Assembly: GCA_963843145.1 (NCBI GenBank) | Contig: CAWJJC010000002.1 | Location: forward strand, 106,432 to 170,431 | Direction: 5' to 3' | Source: an uncultured delta proteobacterium | GTDB lineage: Bacteria; Desulfobacterota; RBG-13-43-22 | Length of the DNA: 64,000 bases | Translations under genes and position numbers: made by a program | The notes under the pieces: generated by a model | Told to the model about the DNA's origin: nothing | What the model saw: the letters and a program-made list of their open reading frames with translations, nothing else | Database searches by the model: none | Part shown: piece by piece, positions 39,720-49,780 of the stretch | How the letters are laid out: every line of letters begins with the position of its first letter | How positions within the stretch are numbered: the stretch's first letter is position 1

Positions 39720-41291
39720 TTAGAGGGGAATATTCCCATGTCGCCGAAAGGGGACCGGTCTTTTCTTGTTTCGCAGCATACGCAGGGCCTTGATTAACTG
39801 AGGACGGGTTTCGCTCGGTTTGATGACCTGGTCTACCAGCATGTTGGAAGCCGCATGAAAGGGATTTGAAAACTTGTAGTCGTATTGATCGATCTTTTCC
39901 TGCCGGAAAGCCGGGGCATCGTCGGCCTTGGCGATCTCCTGGCGGAAGATCAGGTCCACCGCCGTGGCCGTATCCAGCACCACCAGTTGGGCAATGGGCC
40001 AGGCCAGCATGAGATCCACTCCCATGCCGACGCAGCACATGGCCATGACGGCGCCGCCGTACTCTTTTCTCAGGGCCAGGGTGATTTTGGGGACCGTGGC
40101 TTCGGCATAGGCATAGAGCATCTTGGCCCCGTGGCGGATGATGCCCGAGTGTTCCTGCTTAACCCCGGGGAGGTAGCCGGGAACATCCACAAAATTGAGG
40201 AGAGGAATATTGAAGGAATCGCAGAAGCGAATAAAACGGGCCGCCTTGTCGGCCGAGTCCGAGTCCAGGCTTCCGGCCCAGATCTTGGGCTGGTTGGCCA
40301 CGATGCCTACCGTCCGACCTTCCATTCGTCCGAAGCCGACGATAATATTCTTGGCGAATTTGGGAAGGATCTCAAAGAAATCGTTGTGGTCCACTATCCG
40401 GAGAACCACCTCCCGCATGTCGTAGGCCTTTCGAAAGTCGGCCGGGACGATTTGTTCCAGGGTCTCATCGGTTCTTTCCGGGTCATCCGTGCATTCCCGC
40501 ACCGGAGCTTCCGCTTCATGGCTGGATGGAAGGTAGCCCAGTAACTTTTTTATCAGTTGGAGGCAATCTTCATCGTTCTTGGCCACAAAATGGGCGGTAC
40601 CGGTGACCTGGCTGTGCACCTTGGACCCCCCTAATTCCTCCATGGAGACTTCCTCACCGGTCACCGATTTGATCACCGCCGGCCCGGTGATGATCATGTG
40701 GCCGGTCTTCTCGACCATGATGATAAAGTCGGTGATGGCCGGGGAGTAGACGGCCACCCCGGCGCAGCTCCCCATGATGGCGGAGATCTGGGGAATAACT
40801 CCCGAGGCGGCGGTGTTGCGAAAGAACATGCCGGCCACGCTTTTGGAGGCAAAAAAACCTTCGTTCAATCGACCCCCGCCGGAATCGTTCAAACCCACCA
40901 GGGGGGCTTTGACTTTCAGGGCCTCCTCCATGATGCGGCAGATCTTTTCGCCGTGGATGGCGCCCACCGACCCGCCCAGGACCGTGGCGTCCTGGGCATA
41001 GGCAAAGGTCAGACGTCCGTCGACGTTTCCGTAACCGATGACCACGCCGTCGCCCGGGACTTTCTTTTCCTGCATGCCGAAATCGCGCGACTGGGTTTCC
41101 GCCAGACCGTTCATTTCCACGAAGGTTCCCGGGTCGAACAGGAGTTCCAATCGTTCGCGGGCCGTCAATTTGCCCTGGGCGTGACGTTTTTCAATGGCCT
41201 TGGTCCCGCCGCCCAGGCGGGCTTTTTCCTGCAGCCGCTCCAGACGTTCCAATTCGCTCCGGTGTGATTTTTCCACGTGGTATCTCCTCAT
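39720..41291 (-). CDS. Acyl-CoA carboxylase carboxyltransferase (PccB/MmdA-like)
   Basis: GKLTARER, GDGVV.G, QDATVLGGS, DSGGGR, VANQP, KAARFIRFCD, DVPGYLPG, HGNIPL. Confidence 0.92.
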   Translation of the reverse strand: MRRYHVEKSHRSELERLERLQEKARLGGGTKAIEKRHAQGKLTARERLELLFDPGTFVEMNGLAETQSRDFGMQEKKVPGDGVVIGYGNVDGRLTFAYAQDATVLGGSVGAIHGEKICRIMEEALKVKAPLVGLNDSGGGRLNEGFFASKSVAGMFFRNTAASGVIPQISAIMGSCAGVAVYSPAITDFIIMVEKTGHMIITGPAVIKSVTGEEVSMEELGGSKVHSQVTGTAHFVAKNDEDCLQLIKKLLGYLPSSHEAEAPVRECTDDPERTDETLEQIVPADFRKAYDMREVVLRIVDHNDFFEILPKFAKNIIVGFGRMEGRTVGIVANQPKIWAGSLDSDSADKAARFIRFCDSFNIPLLNFVDVPGYLPGVKQEHSGIIRHGAKMLYAYAEATVPKITLALRKEYGGAVMAMCCVGMGVDLMLAWPIAQLVVLDTATAVDLIFRQEIAKADDAPAFRQEKIDQYDYKFSNPFHAASNMLVDQVIKPSETRPQLIKALRMLRNKKRPVPFRRHGNIPL

Positions 41292-41491
41292 TTTTACTTG
41301 AAATATGCTTCCGCAAGACCAAAGTATAGAGAAAGGGGAGAAGGGGAGTCAAGGGCAAAATGGGAGAGGGAGGCTGGAGGTAGTCCGTTTTTAGTCTAGA
41401 CAGCCCTAGTTTATGCGATTGACATTCTCCCTCTATTTTTACTATGTTAGATCAGTAAACTATCCTCTGGAACAAATGAAAGGGCACGCTT

Positions 41492-42637
41492 ATGGATTTT
41501 GAATTTACGGAAGAGCAAAACGAATTTCGACGACAGATTGCCCGGTTTGTCGATGAACGGGTGATTCCGCGAGCGGAAGCCTATGACCAAAGCGGGGAAT
41601 TCCCTCGGGACATCATGCTGGAATTAGGGGAATTGGGGTATCTGGGGATCAAATATCCGGAAGCCTATGGCGGCTCCGGCCTGGAGGAACCTCATGTGTA
41701 TCATACCATATTCTGTGAAGAGCTGGCCCGGGGGTCACTGGGCATCGCGGCCGGCATCGCCATGCAAACCTCCACCGCCACCTACGGGGTCAATAAATGG
41801 GGGACCGAAGAACTGAAACAGAAATACCTGGTCCCCGCCCTGCAGGGGAAAATGATCGCGGCCTTCGGTCTGACCGAACCCAACGCCGGTTCGGATGCGG
41901 CCGCGATCCGAACCAAAGCCGAACGCGACGGCGATCACTACATCCTCAATGGGACCAAGATATTCACTACCAATGGAACGGTGGCCTCCTTCATAACCAT
42001 TGCGGCCCGGACCACTCCGGGGAAAGGCTTTAAAGGAATCTCCCTTTTTTTGTTGGATACGAGCACTCCAGGGTTTTCCGTGGGCCGGAAATTGGAAAAA
42101 TTCACTATTCATTGCTCCGATACCGCGGAACTGGTACTGGACAACGTTCGCATTCCGGCGGAGTGCCTGTTGGGCGAAGAGGATATGGGCTTGCTCAATA
42201 TCAACCAATCCTTGGTGGACGATCGGGTCATGACCGCCGGCCTGTCTTTGGGTGTGGCCCGGGCCGCCTACCAGGCGGCGCTCAAGTATGCTCAGGAACG
42301 GGAACAATTCGGGAAAACCATTGGTAGTTTTCAAGCCGTACGCTTTCGCCTGGTGGATATGCTGGCCCGTTTGAAGACGGCTGAATTGATTACCTACTAT
42401 GCGGCCTGGAAGGCGGATCGAGGCGATAAAATTATCCAAGAGGCCGCCCTGGCCAAACTGGTAGCCTCGGAAGCGGCCAACTATATCTGCCGAAAGGCCC
42501 TCTCCGTCTTCGGGGGGTATGGGCTGATGATGGAATACCCGGCCCAGCGTTTTCTGCGGGATTCTTTTTTTCCGCTGGTAGGCGGAGGCACCTCCGATAT
42601 CATGAAGGTGGTGATTTCGAAGGAAATGGGGCTATAA
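41492..42637 (+). CDS. Acyl-CoA dehydrogenase
   Basis: LTEPNAGSD, LNGTKIFTTNG, REQFGKTIGSFQ, GGYG, GGTSDIMK. Confidence 0.93.
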   Translation: MDFEFTEEQNEFRRQIARFVDERVIPRAEAYDQSGEFPRDIMLELGELGYLGIKYPEAYGGSGLEEPHVYHTIFCEELARGSLGIAAGIAMQTSTATYGVNKWGTEELKQKYLVPALQGKMIAAFGLTEPNAGSDAAAIRTKAERDGDHYILNGTKIFTTNGTVASFITIAARTTPGKGFKGISLFLLDTSTPGFSVGRKLEKFTIHCSDTAELVLDNVRIPAECLLGEEDMGLLNINQSLVDDRVMTAGLSLGVARAAYQAALKYAQEREQFGKTIGSFQAVRFRLVDMLARLKTAELITYYAAWKADRGDKIIQEAALAKLVASEAANYICRKALSVFGGYGLMMEYPAQRFLRDSFFPLVGGGTSDIMKVVISKEMGL

Positions 42638-42669
42638 TCCTCAAAGGAGGACGATCCATTAAAACGATT

Positions 42670-43374
42670 TTGACGGTTGCCCTGCTGGTCGGCCTTTTTC
42701 TATTGACTCCGGGGAGCGGTTTGTCCTCGCTCTGGGCTATGGGCGGTAAACCGCAGGCCCCTCCGGTTCCGGTTTCCAGGAAAAAGGAGGTCAGCGCGCC
42801 CGCACCCTCCGTTCCGGAAACCATGCTAGTCAGCCTTCCGGTGGGGAGCCCGATTCGCGTCCAGCTTAATCAGACCCTCCGGGTCTCCCTCCTCCGGGTC
42901 GGATCCGCGTTCTCCGGCACGCTGAAGGAACCCCTGGCGGTGGGGGGGCAGGTGATCGTCCCCCGAGGATCGTTTCTGGAGGGCTTCGTTTCCAGGGCGG
43001 TCCCGAAGAACCGCTTCTGGGGAGGAGGTTTATTGGAACTGAAACTAACTCGACTGGTACTGCCGGACCGAAAGGGTTATTTCATTAGTACGGAACCGTT
43101 CATCAAGGCCGGGAAATCCAGCCTCTTTCGAAACATCAGCCTGATCGCTGGAGGCGGGATTGTGGGGGTTGGACTGGGTTCCCTCCTGGGACAAACGGCC
43201 GGGACTCTGATCGGAATGGGGATCGGGGGCGGAACCGGAGGGATTTTAGCCTGGGTCACCGGCCAATCCGATATTACCTTGCCCGCCGAGTCGGAGGCGG
43301 TGTTTATCTTATCAATCCCCGTAGCCATGACGATCAAAACGCCAGTCCCCAGCCGGATCTTGGGACCGAAATAG
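42670..43374 (+). CDS. Exported hypothetical protein with glycine-zipper segment
   Basis: Signal-like N-terminus, TrbI-like beta region, GxxxG repeats; start uncertain. Confidence 0.6.
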   Translation: MTVALLVGLFLLTPGSGLSSLWAMGGKPQAPPVPVSRKKEVSAPAPSVPETMLVSLPVGSPIRVQLNQTLRVSLLRVGSAFSGTLKEPLAVGGQVIVPRGSFLEGFVSRAVPKNRFWGGGLLELKLTRLVLPDRKGYFISTEPFIKAGKSSLFRNISLIAGGGIVGVGLGSLLGQTAGTLIGMGIGGGTGGILAWVTGQSDITLPAESEAVFILSIPVAMTIKTPVPSRILGPK

Positions 43375-43412
43375 CCGCAGAGCGGATCAGATGATACGGG
43401 TTTACCCAATAA

Positions 43413-43501
43413 ATCGTCATTCCCGCAGCGTTTTTGAGCGGGAATCCAGACTTTTCTCGGGGGGTACCGGATCCCCGATAAAAGTAGTCGGGGATGACGA
43501 T
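43413..43501. repeat. REP-like double-hairpin palindrome (CGTCATTCCCGC..GCGGGAATCC..GGGATGACG)
   Basis: Terminal ATCGTCAT/ATGACGAT inverted repeat with two internal hairpins, between convergent genes. Confidence 0.7.
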
Positions 43502-43538
43502 AAATTGCCTTTCGGTAAGGGTGCAATCGGGAGTTTTT

Positions 43539-44076
43539 TTAGGCTACCACGTTATACTTCTTCTTTTTTTTCCAGAGGGTGACCCGGCTCAGGCCCAGTC
43601 GCCGGGCGGCCTCGGCTTTTTTCTCCTGGGACTGTTCCAGGGCCAGCAGGATTTTTTCCAGCTCTCCCGGGCCCCGTGGTCTTTCCCCCCTCGGCTTTTC
43701 TCCTTGGTATTTTCGGGGTCGTTCATGGATCATGTAGCCGGGCAGGTGTTTGCTGCGAATCCATTTTTCCTTGCAGACACCAAAGGCATACTCCAGCACG
43801 TTGATCAGTTCTCGGATATTCCCAGGCCAGTGATAATTCATCAAGTGGTCCATGGCCTCCGGGCTTAACCCCTGTATATCTTTCAATCCCCGGAGGCGGA
43901 TTTTAACCATGACCGATTCGGTCAAGCGGGGGATATCCTCTTTTCGCTCCCGAAGGGGCGGGATGCGGATGGGGATGACGTTCAAGCGGTAAAACAAGTC
44001 TTCCCGAAAAGCCTCACGGTCGACCAGATCCTTTAAATCCCGGTTAGTGGCCGAGATAAGCCGAACGTCGGTTGCT
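43539..44076 (-). pseudogene. C-terminal fragment of sigma54-dependent Fis-family regulator
   Basis: DVRLISATNRDL..FREDLFYRLNV, WPGNIREL.N, HTH; Walker A and GAFTGA region absent. Confidence 0.8.
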
Positions 44077-44151
44077 ATAAATAATTACTTCCCTCGCAGT
44101 AACCCCCCTAAACCCCCGGACCGCTTTCTCAGGGTCCGGGGTCCCCCCGAA

Positions 44152-46167
44152 TTATCCCTGCTTATAGAGAACGCCGATGACCTCTTCGAGTCCCAGTCGG
44201 GTCAACCGCTCCCGGTCGGGTCTACCGGTCTCCCGATCCCAGCCCAGGGCCTGGTAAAAACCGTCGGTCAAGGCTTCCACCTCCAGGGTAATCCCCTTGG
44301 CCGGCCCCTGGGAAGCGGGCGGTTCGCCGAATAGTCGGGGGTGGGGTCGAAAATCCTTTTTGGGATTCAAACCTTCCCGGAGGTTAAAGGCCTGGCGGAG
44401 CTGTTCGATCCGCTCGCCGATGATCAGATACTCCTCCGGAGGATTTTCCCAGCCGGTGGCCGCGTTAAGCCACTCGCAAAGCGGAAAACTTCCTCCTATC
44501 TGGGTGCCGAACAGACAGGCCCCAGCCCCGTCGATGAGCATTTTGTAAAAACTATCCACGGCCTGAGCCTCCCCCTTGTTGTCGGTCCGATATTTTTGCC
44601 TGCGGGTGGTGAAAAAGGGGATTTTTTTCGCCCGGGGGAATTTTTTTTCCAAAAATTGCAGGTCCAGATAGGTGTAGGAGGAAACGGTGTGGCGGCCCGG
44701 CGCCGGTTCGCAGGCATAGGCCATTCCAAACCCGGGGTCGAATTTGGGGTCATGCATGGGAGGTTCTACCCCGCCGCAATGGACGGCAAATTGTTCCGAA
44801 CCGCGCCCCAGCTTTTCCGCGGCCCTTTTTACTCCGTCGGCCAGGAGATCCCCCAGCCCCTCGCGCCGGATGATTTTTTCGGTCAAGGCCAGAATAGCCG
44901 AGGCGTTGCCCCAGCGTAATTCCAGCCCTTCCGTGTCTTCCGGTTTCAGTATTCCCTTTTCATAACACTCGATGGCGAAAGCGACGGTTCCGCCGCAGGA
45001 GATGGAGTCCATTCCGGCCCGGTTCAGCAGGTCGTTGATTTTGAAAATGGTAAACAAGTCATCGTTGAGCAGCAGGCTCCCGAAGGCGCAGAGCGTTTCA
45101 TATTCAATTTTATGCATTTCCGGGATAGGGAAAGGGCCTTCTTCGATTTTCATCAATCCGCCGCAATGAAGCGGACAGGAAAAACAGCCGTATTTTTTGG
45201 TTTCGTAACGGCGCACGGCTTCGGCCCCGATTTTCTGGGACCGGGAAAGAGGAAAATCGCGGGTTCCCACTCCGCTCCAGTTTTTGATTGGGCTATCCCC
45301 GTTCTCGGCGCTCATGGCGGTCAGGGCCGTGGTGCCGAATTTTTTCAGCAGGAGACGCCAGAGGTCGGCCGGTTGGCGGGGATAGATCCGGCTGCGGCGG
45401 GTGATTTTCCCCATCGTTCCCAGAAGCCCGTCGGTCAAAAACCGTTCCAGCCACTTCTTGGCGGAAAGCTGTTTCTGGAAGTCCCGGCTGAGGCGGTTGA
45501 TCCGGGGGCGGTCAAAGACCTCCACCCGCCGGGTCCCGGCGGCGACGACGGCCTTCAGCTTTTTGGAGCCCATGACCGCCCCCAGTCCGCTCCGGGCGGC
45601 TATCCTTCCCCGATCGGTTACGATTCCGGAAATGAGACTCACTCTTTCCCCGGCCGGCCCGATGCAGGCCACCTGAGCCCGGCTTCCGTGCCGCTCCTGC
45701 AAGCGAGTTTCCGTTTCGATAGCGTCCAGACCCCAGAGATTCGCGGCGTCTTTCAGCTCGGCGGTTTGGTCATCCAGATAAAGGTACTGGGGCTGTTCGC
45801 CGACACCGGTAAAAAAGAGGGCATCCAGGCCGCAGCGTTTCAACCAGGGTGAAAAATAGCCGCCGCAATTGGCATCTCCCCAACCCCCGGAAAGAGGGGA
45901 TTTCCCCACGACGGTGAACCGTCCGGTAAAAAGGCTCCCCGTGTCGGTCAACAGCCCGGTGGTGAATCCCAGGATATTTTCGGGACCCAGCGGATCACTC
46001 CCGGCCGGCATCCGGTCCCAGAGGACCTTGGCCCCCAGCCCTACCCCGCAAAGGAATTTTTGATAATGGGCATCCGCCAATTCCTCAACGGTTATTTTCC
46101 CGGCGGAGAGGTCCACCCAAAGTATCCGTCCCCAGTACCCTTTTTCCTTCGGCAAAATTTCGGGCAT
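44152..46167 (-). CDS. Aldehyde:ferredoxin oxidoreductase family (W/Mo pterin)
   Basis: KSPLSGGWG, CIGPAGE, RSGLGAVMGSKKLKA, CxxCxxxC, EYET, GMDSIS, HDP. Confidence 0.92.
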   Translation of the reverse strand: MPEILPKEKGYWGRILWVDLSAGKITVEELADAHYQKFLCGVGLGAKVLWDRMPAGSDPLGPENILGFTTGLLTDTGSLFTGRFTVVGKSPLSGGWGDANCGGYFSPWLKRCGLDALFFTGVGEQPQYLYLDDQTAELKDAANLWGLDAIETETRLQERHGSRAQVACIGPAGERVSLISGIVTDRGRIAARSGLGAVMGSKKLKAVVAAGTRRVEVFDRPRINRLSRDFQKQLSAKKWLERFLTDGLLGTMGKITRRSRIYPRQPADLWRLLLKKFGTTALTAMSAENGDSPIKNWSGVGTRDFPLSRSQKIGAEAVRRYETKKYGCFSCPLHCGGLMKIEEGPFPIPEMHKIEYETLCAFGSLLLNDDLFTIFKINDLLNRAGMDSISCGGTVAFAIECYEKGILKPEDTEGLELRWGNASAILALTEKIIRREGLGDLLADGVKRAAEKLGRGSEQFAVHCGGVEPPMHDPKFDPGFGMAYACEPAPGRHTVSSYTYLDLQFLEKKFPRAKKIPFFTTRRQKYRTDNKGEAQAVDSFYKMLIDGAGACLFGTQIGGSFPLCEWLNAATGWENPPEEYLIIGERIEQLRQAFNLREGLNPKKDFRPHPRLFGEPPASQGPAKGITLEVEALTDGFYQALGWDRETGRPDRERLTRLGLEEVIGVLYKQG

Positions 46168-46201
46168 AATATGCCTCCCCTATAGACCTTGAGTTAAACT
46201 G

Positions 46202-46233
46202 TTTCGAATTTCGATATTCGAATTTCGGATTTG
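46202..46233. repeat. Heptamer repeat array (TTTCGRA-type)
   Basis: tttcgaa tttcgat attcgaa tttcgga tttg. Confidence 0.55.
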
Positions 46234-46236
46234 AAG

Positions 46237-46737
46237 TTATACTACTCTTTTAAACTTACCCGGAATGGCCCCGCAAACCGGGCAGTTTTCAGGAGCGCGA
46301 CTTTCACTGATATACCCGCAGACCTGGCAGACATAGTAATCTTCATCCGGGGCGGTGAGGTTTTCCAGTAAGGCTCTTTCCAGGAGGGCGGCCTGAAGCG
46401 GCTCCACTTCCCGGCTTTGGGAAAAGGCCATCCGGGCGCTTTTTAGCCCTTCCTCTTCCGCTTCCCGAATCATGGGGGGATATTCCTGTTCATAGGCCCG
46501 CTGGTTACGGGTGAGAGCGGATTCCAGGTTTTCTCGACTGCCGCCGATTTTTCCCCGCAGCAAGAGCAGAAAGCGGTGGGCCTGAACGGACTCGGATTCG
46601 GCCAGTGCCCGGAAAAGGCGGGCCAGCGAGGGGTTGGCCTCGTGGTCGGCTTTCTGGGCAAAGGCCGTATCGCGGGCCGAAGCTTGCGATTCGGCGGCCA
46701 AAGCCCAGGACAAATTCCTCTCTGTTTTTTCTGACAT
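46237..46737 (-). CDS. Rubrerythrin family protein
   Basis: T..NL..ALAAESQA, YPPMI, C-terminal CQVCGY...CPVCGA rubredoxin knuckle. Confidence 0.85.
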   Translation of the reverse strand: MSEKTERNLSWALAAESQASARDTAFAQKADHEANPSLARLFRALAESESVQAHRFLLLLRGKIGGSRENLESALTRNQRAYEQEYPPMIREAEEEGLKSARMAFSQSREVEPLQAALLERALLENLTAPDEDYYVCQVCGYISESRAPENCPVCGAIPGKFKRVV

Positions 46738-46873
46738 AAAAGCGCTCCCTATTTCCGCTGAGTATGGTATACTGCAACGTATTATGCCCATGGGGTCGGG
46801 GCGCTGTCAAGCAAAGCCAAAGCGGCCCAAAGCCTTTCCGACTCCTTCGGCTTGGAGGATGAAGAGGATAAAA

Positions 46874-47635
46874 ATGAGTAGCGGCAGGACGGTTTTTTGT
46901 TTTTTAATCGGATTCGTGATCCTGGCCTGCGGGTGGCTGGTCCCGGGAGACGGGCAGGCTTCACTGTGGAGAAACCTGTCTGCCGACGGCCGGACGAATA
47001 CAATGCCGGTGCTCTGGGATCAGGTTTCCCGGAAAATCATCCCCCGCCTCGACCTGAAAAGGCTGGAACGGGGGGAGGTGATCTCCGAAATTAAAATACT
47101 AGATTCCCAGACCGTGGCGGCCGAGAGTGTGGGACTGATCAAGGCCACTCCCGAGGCCTGTTTTAAGGTGGTTCGTTCCTATAATCGGTATACGCAGATC
47201 ATGCCCTGCACAGTGGAAAACCGGGTGATTCGGGCTTTTAAGTTGGAGGGAGCCTATGCCGGGGCTGAAGCGGTTGACTTTTGGACCCGGGTGAGCGTTC
47301 TGGGGTTTGACACCCGGTATCTGCTCCGTATCGCCCATCTCTCCGACCTGCAAAACCGGCGGTTTCGCAGCTTCTGGACCCTGGTAGGTAACCCTTCCCA
47401 GGTGGCCGGGGTTTGCGATTCGGGAAAAACGCCCTGCGAGAATGATTTGGCCCTCAATCTGGGGTCACACCAATTTGAGCCCTATCCTGGAAATCCGAAC
47501 TATACCCTGCATACCTACACCTTAACCCTCGAAGGCAAAAACTGGCTCCAGCAGACGGCCATTCGGCTGGGTGGCCTAAAAACTATGGAAGAGGTCACTG
47601 AGGGTATCCGCAAGGCCCTGAAGGTCAAGGAGTAA
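46874..47635 (+). CDS. Exported SRPBCC/START-like hypothetical protein
   Basis: Signal peptide, LERGEV..I.ATPE..F.VV..Y..Y...MP pattern; GAGGA RBS. Confidence 0.55.
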   Translation: MSSGRTVFCFLIGFVILACGWLVPGDGQASLWRNLSADGRTNTMPVLWDQVSRKIIPRLDLKRLERGEVISEIKILDSQTVAAESVGLIKATPEACFKVVRSYNRYTQIMPCTVENRVIRAFKLEGAYAGAEAVDFWTRVSVLGFDTRYLLRIAHLSDLQNRRFRSFWTLVGNPSQVAGVCDSGKTPCENDLALNLGSHQFEPYPGNPNYTLHTYTLTLEGKNWLQQTAIRLGGLKTMEEVTEGIRKALKVKE

Positions 47636-47678
47636 AAAGAGGGGAAGAAGTCTCCCGCTCATCCTTTGGAGCAGGTCT

Positions 47679-48446
47679 TCACCGCAGAAAATCGTTCGCT
47701 GCGAGGGAGGGGCTTCCCTGCCAGCGTAAGAAGCACCGGGTTTCGTTCGGGGGTATAAAGGCCCGCACTTCCACCATCCGCGTAGCCGTATCAATGGAAA
47801 CATAGCGCAGGGAATCCGGCGCACAGGCCCCCGAGTTCACGTAGACACCCTGGCCTATGGGGATACAGGCCATCTGATGGGAGTGCCCCATGACAATCAC
47901 ATCGTTTTTCCCGAGATGGAGGGCCTTGTTGGCGGCCATTTCCAGGGCTTTGAAAAACCGCTGGCCCCAGTCATAGAAGGGGCCCTCGAGAAAATCCGCC
48001 AGACGGCTGAAGCCCAAACGGCGCAGTCCGCCGATCATCCAGGTGACAAAAAAGGGCAGTCGTCCGTGATCGCCGATAAAGGGGTCAAATTGATGCCCAT
48101 GGGTCAACCAGATACGCCAATTATCCTGTTTTAAGCGAATCTGGTTTAACGTTCCCAAAAATTTTTGAGTGATCAGGTCGTGATTTCCAAAAATGGAAGA
48201 ATAGTAACTTTCCCGCCAGCGACTGACAATCCGGGAATAGCGTTTCAGAATGGCTTCCAACACCTCGGATCGGGAACCGGGATAGCTCCCGTAGTCCGTC
48301 TGATAGATATCCCCCATCAAAATAATCCGCTCATGGGTCCGGTGGAGATGATCATCCAAGCGTAGTAAACGGCCTTCTTCCCCTAAAAATTTGTCCAAAA
48401 GCGGGGTATGACCCAGGTGAAGGTCCCCAAAAGTGGCAATGCGCAT
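47679..48446 (-). CDS. Calcineurin-like metallophosphoesterase (LpxH-like)
   Basis: DLHLG, GD, GNHD, HGH, GHSH, NSG motifs. Confidence 0.85.
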   Translation of the reverse strand: MRIATFGDLHLGHTPLLDKFLGEEGRLLRLDDHLHRTHERIILMGDIYQTDYGSYPGSRSEVLEAILKRYSRIVSRWRESYYSSIFGNHDLITQKFLGTLNQIRLKQDNWRIWLTHGHQFDPFIGDHGRLPFFVTWMIGGLRRLGFSRLADFLEGPFYDWGQRFFKALEMAANKALHLGKNDVIVMGHSHQMACIPIGQGVYVNSGACAPDSLRYVSIDTATRMVEVRAFIPPNETRCFLRWQGSPSLAANDFLR

Positions 48447-48586
48447 CAGTGGCCTTTCTGACCTTATTATCGTTTCGAGGGCAAAAAGATTTTCAACATA
48501 CCTTTTTTTTGCCGAAATGGGGACATTTTTTTGCCGGAAAACAAAATATTTTTCAGCTATCAGGTTTTGAATAAAAGTCTGTTTGT

Positions 48587-48739
48587 TAAGGAAATGGTGG
48601 AAATAGCCAAAACCAAGGGAGGGGGTTGGGTAAACTATAGTTGGACCAATCCGGCGACCAAGAAGGTGTAACCCAAAAAGACCTGGGTACAGCGGGTCGA
48701 AGGCATGGACATTTATGTCGGTTGCGGGATCTTCCAATA
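48587..48739 (+). pseudogene. Remnant of a Cache-domain protein
   Basis: KEMVEIAKTKGGGWVNYSWTNPATKKV-stop-PKKTWVQRVEGMDIYVGCGIFQ-stop. Confidence 0.65.
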
Positions 48740-48968
48740 AAAGTATTCGGAAGAGCCGCCGGAGTTATTCGGGGACGGCTTGATCCGTCTTAGTGGCAAC
48801 TACCAGAGGGGCGACCGGTGTCGGTCGCCCCTCTTTTGTTATGATGGGATGGTCATTGGCTTACCGTTCAGTCTGATAAATCCATGGGCAGTCATCCAAT
48901 CAATCATCGGTGGACCGAGTGGACTTGGTGGACGGAGTAAACGACTGCTTTTGTCCGCTCCACTCATT

Positions 48969-49066
48969 TATAACTCCATCAGGTCCCGGCCGGCGATGAT
49001 CCGGCCGCTGAAATGCTTCCGCGCCCCTTCGATCCAGATTTCATCCGTCAAGGTGGGATCGTCTAC
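48969..49066 (-). pseudogene. C-terminal remnant of an MBL-fold (RNase Z-like) hydrolase
   Basis: DDPTLTDEIWIEGARKHFSGRIIAGRDLMEL-stop without upstream gene body. Confidence 0.5.
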
Positions 49067-49262
49067 TGCCTGCTCCTTTCATTCGTTTAAGTATCAATCG
49101 CCGAGCCTTATCTGAGGCGGCCAATTGGTATCAATTCCGTCTTCGCTGAGGATAGCAAAAACAATTTTATTTTGCTATGTTAACCCCATCGGTCCGACCC
49201 TCATTCACCATGGGGCAGAATCATATAATAATATCGGCTTAAAAAGTATACGGAAATCAATT

Positions 49263-49769
49263 ATGACCGGATTAATACACCTGGCGATCTGGGTTCTCTG
49301 TTTGACCGGAATTTTACTTTCCCTGTTTTCCCTTTCCGGGACCTGGCTGGTAGTCGGAGCCGCCATTCTGGCCTTTTTTCTACCCGGAGCGAATGCCCCG
49401 GGGATTTGGACGGTACTGTCCTTCCTGGTACTGGCCTTATTGATGGAGGTGTTGGAATGGGTGGCCGGCGCCTGGGGTGTCATTAAAAGGGGCGGCTCCA
49501 GGTTGGGTTCCCTGATGGCCCTGATCGGGGGGGTGCTGGGGTTCTTTTTGGGTTTTGCGATCCCGATTCCGCTGATCGGCAATTTTGTTGGCATGCTCCT
49601 GCTCAGTTTCCTGCTGGTTTTTTGGGTGGAACGGCAGCGCCTGGGTGATGACCGCCAGGCGGGTCATATTGCCCTGGGGGCGGTGCTGGCTCAAGTCTAT
49701 ATGGTGCTGGTGAAAACCGGGGCCGCGCTGGGGATGAGTATTTGGCTTCTTTGGAACCTGTATTCTTAG
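49263..49769 (+). CDS. DUF456 family membrane protein
   Basis: Multi-TM; SGTWL, GGS..G...ALIGG..G.F...PIP.IG pattern. Confidence 0.75.
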   Translation: MTGLIHLAIWVLCLTGILLSLFSLSGTWLVVGAAILAFFLPGANAPGIWTVLSFLVLALLMEVLEWVAGAWGVIKRGGSRLGSLMALIGGVLGFFLGFAIPIPLIGNFVGMLLLSFLLVFWVERQRLGDDRQAGHIALGAVLAQVYMVLVKTGAALGMSIWLLWNLYS

Positions 49770-49780
49770 ACAGGCAATTC

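Noticed and set aside
48447-48737. N-terminal extension of the metallophosphoesterase ORF
   Set aside because: Antisense to the Cache-domain remnant; family motifs begin at ATG 48446.
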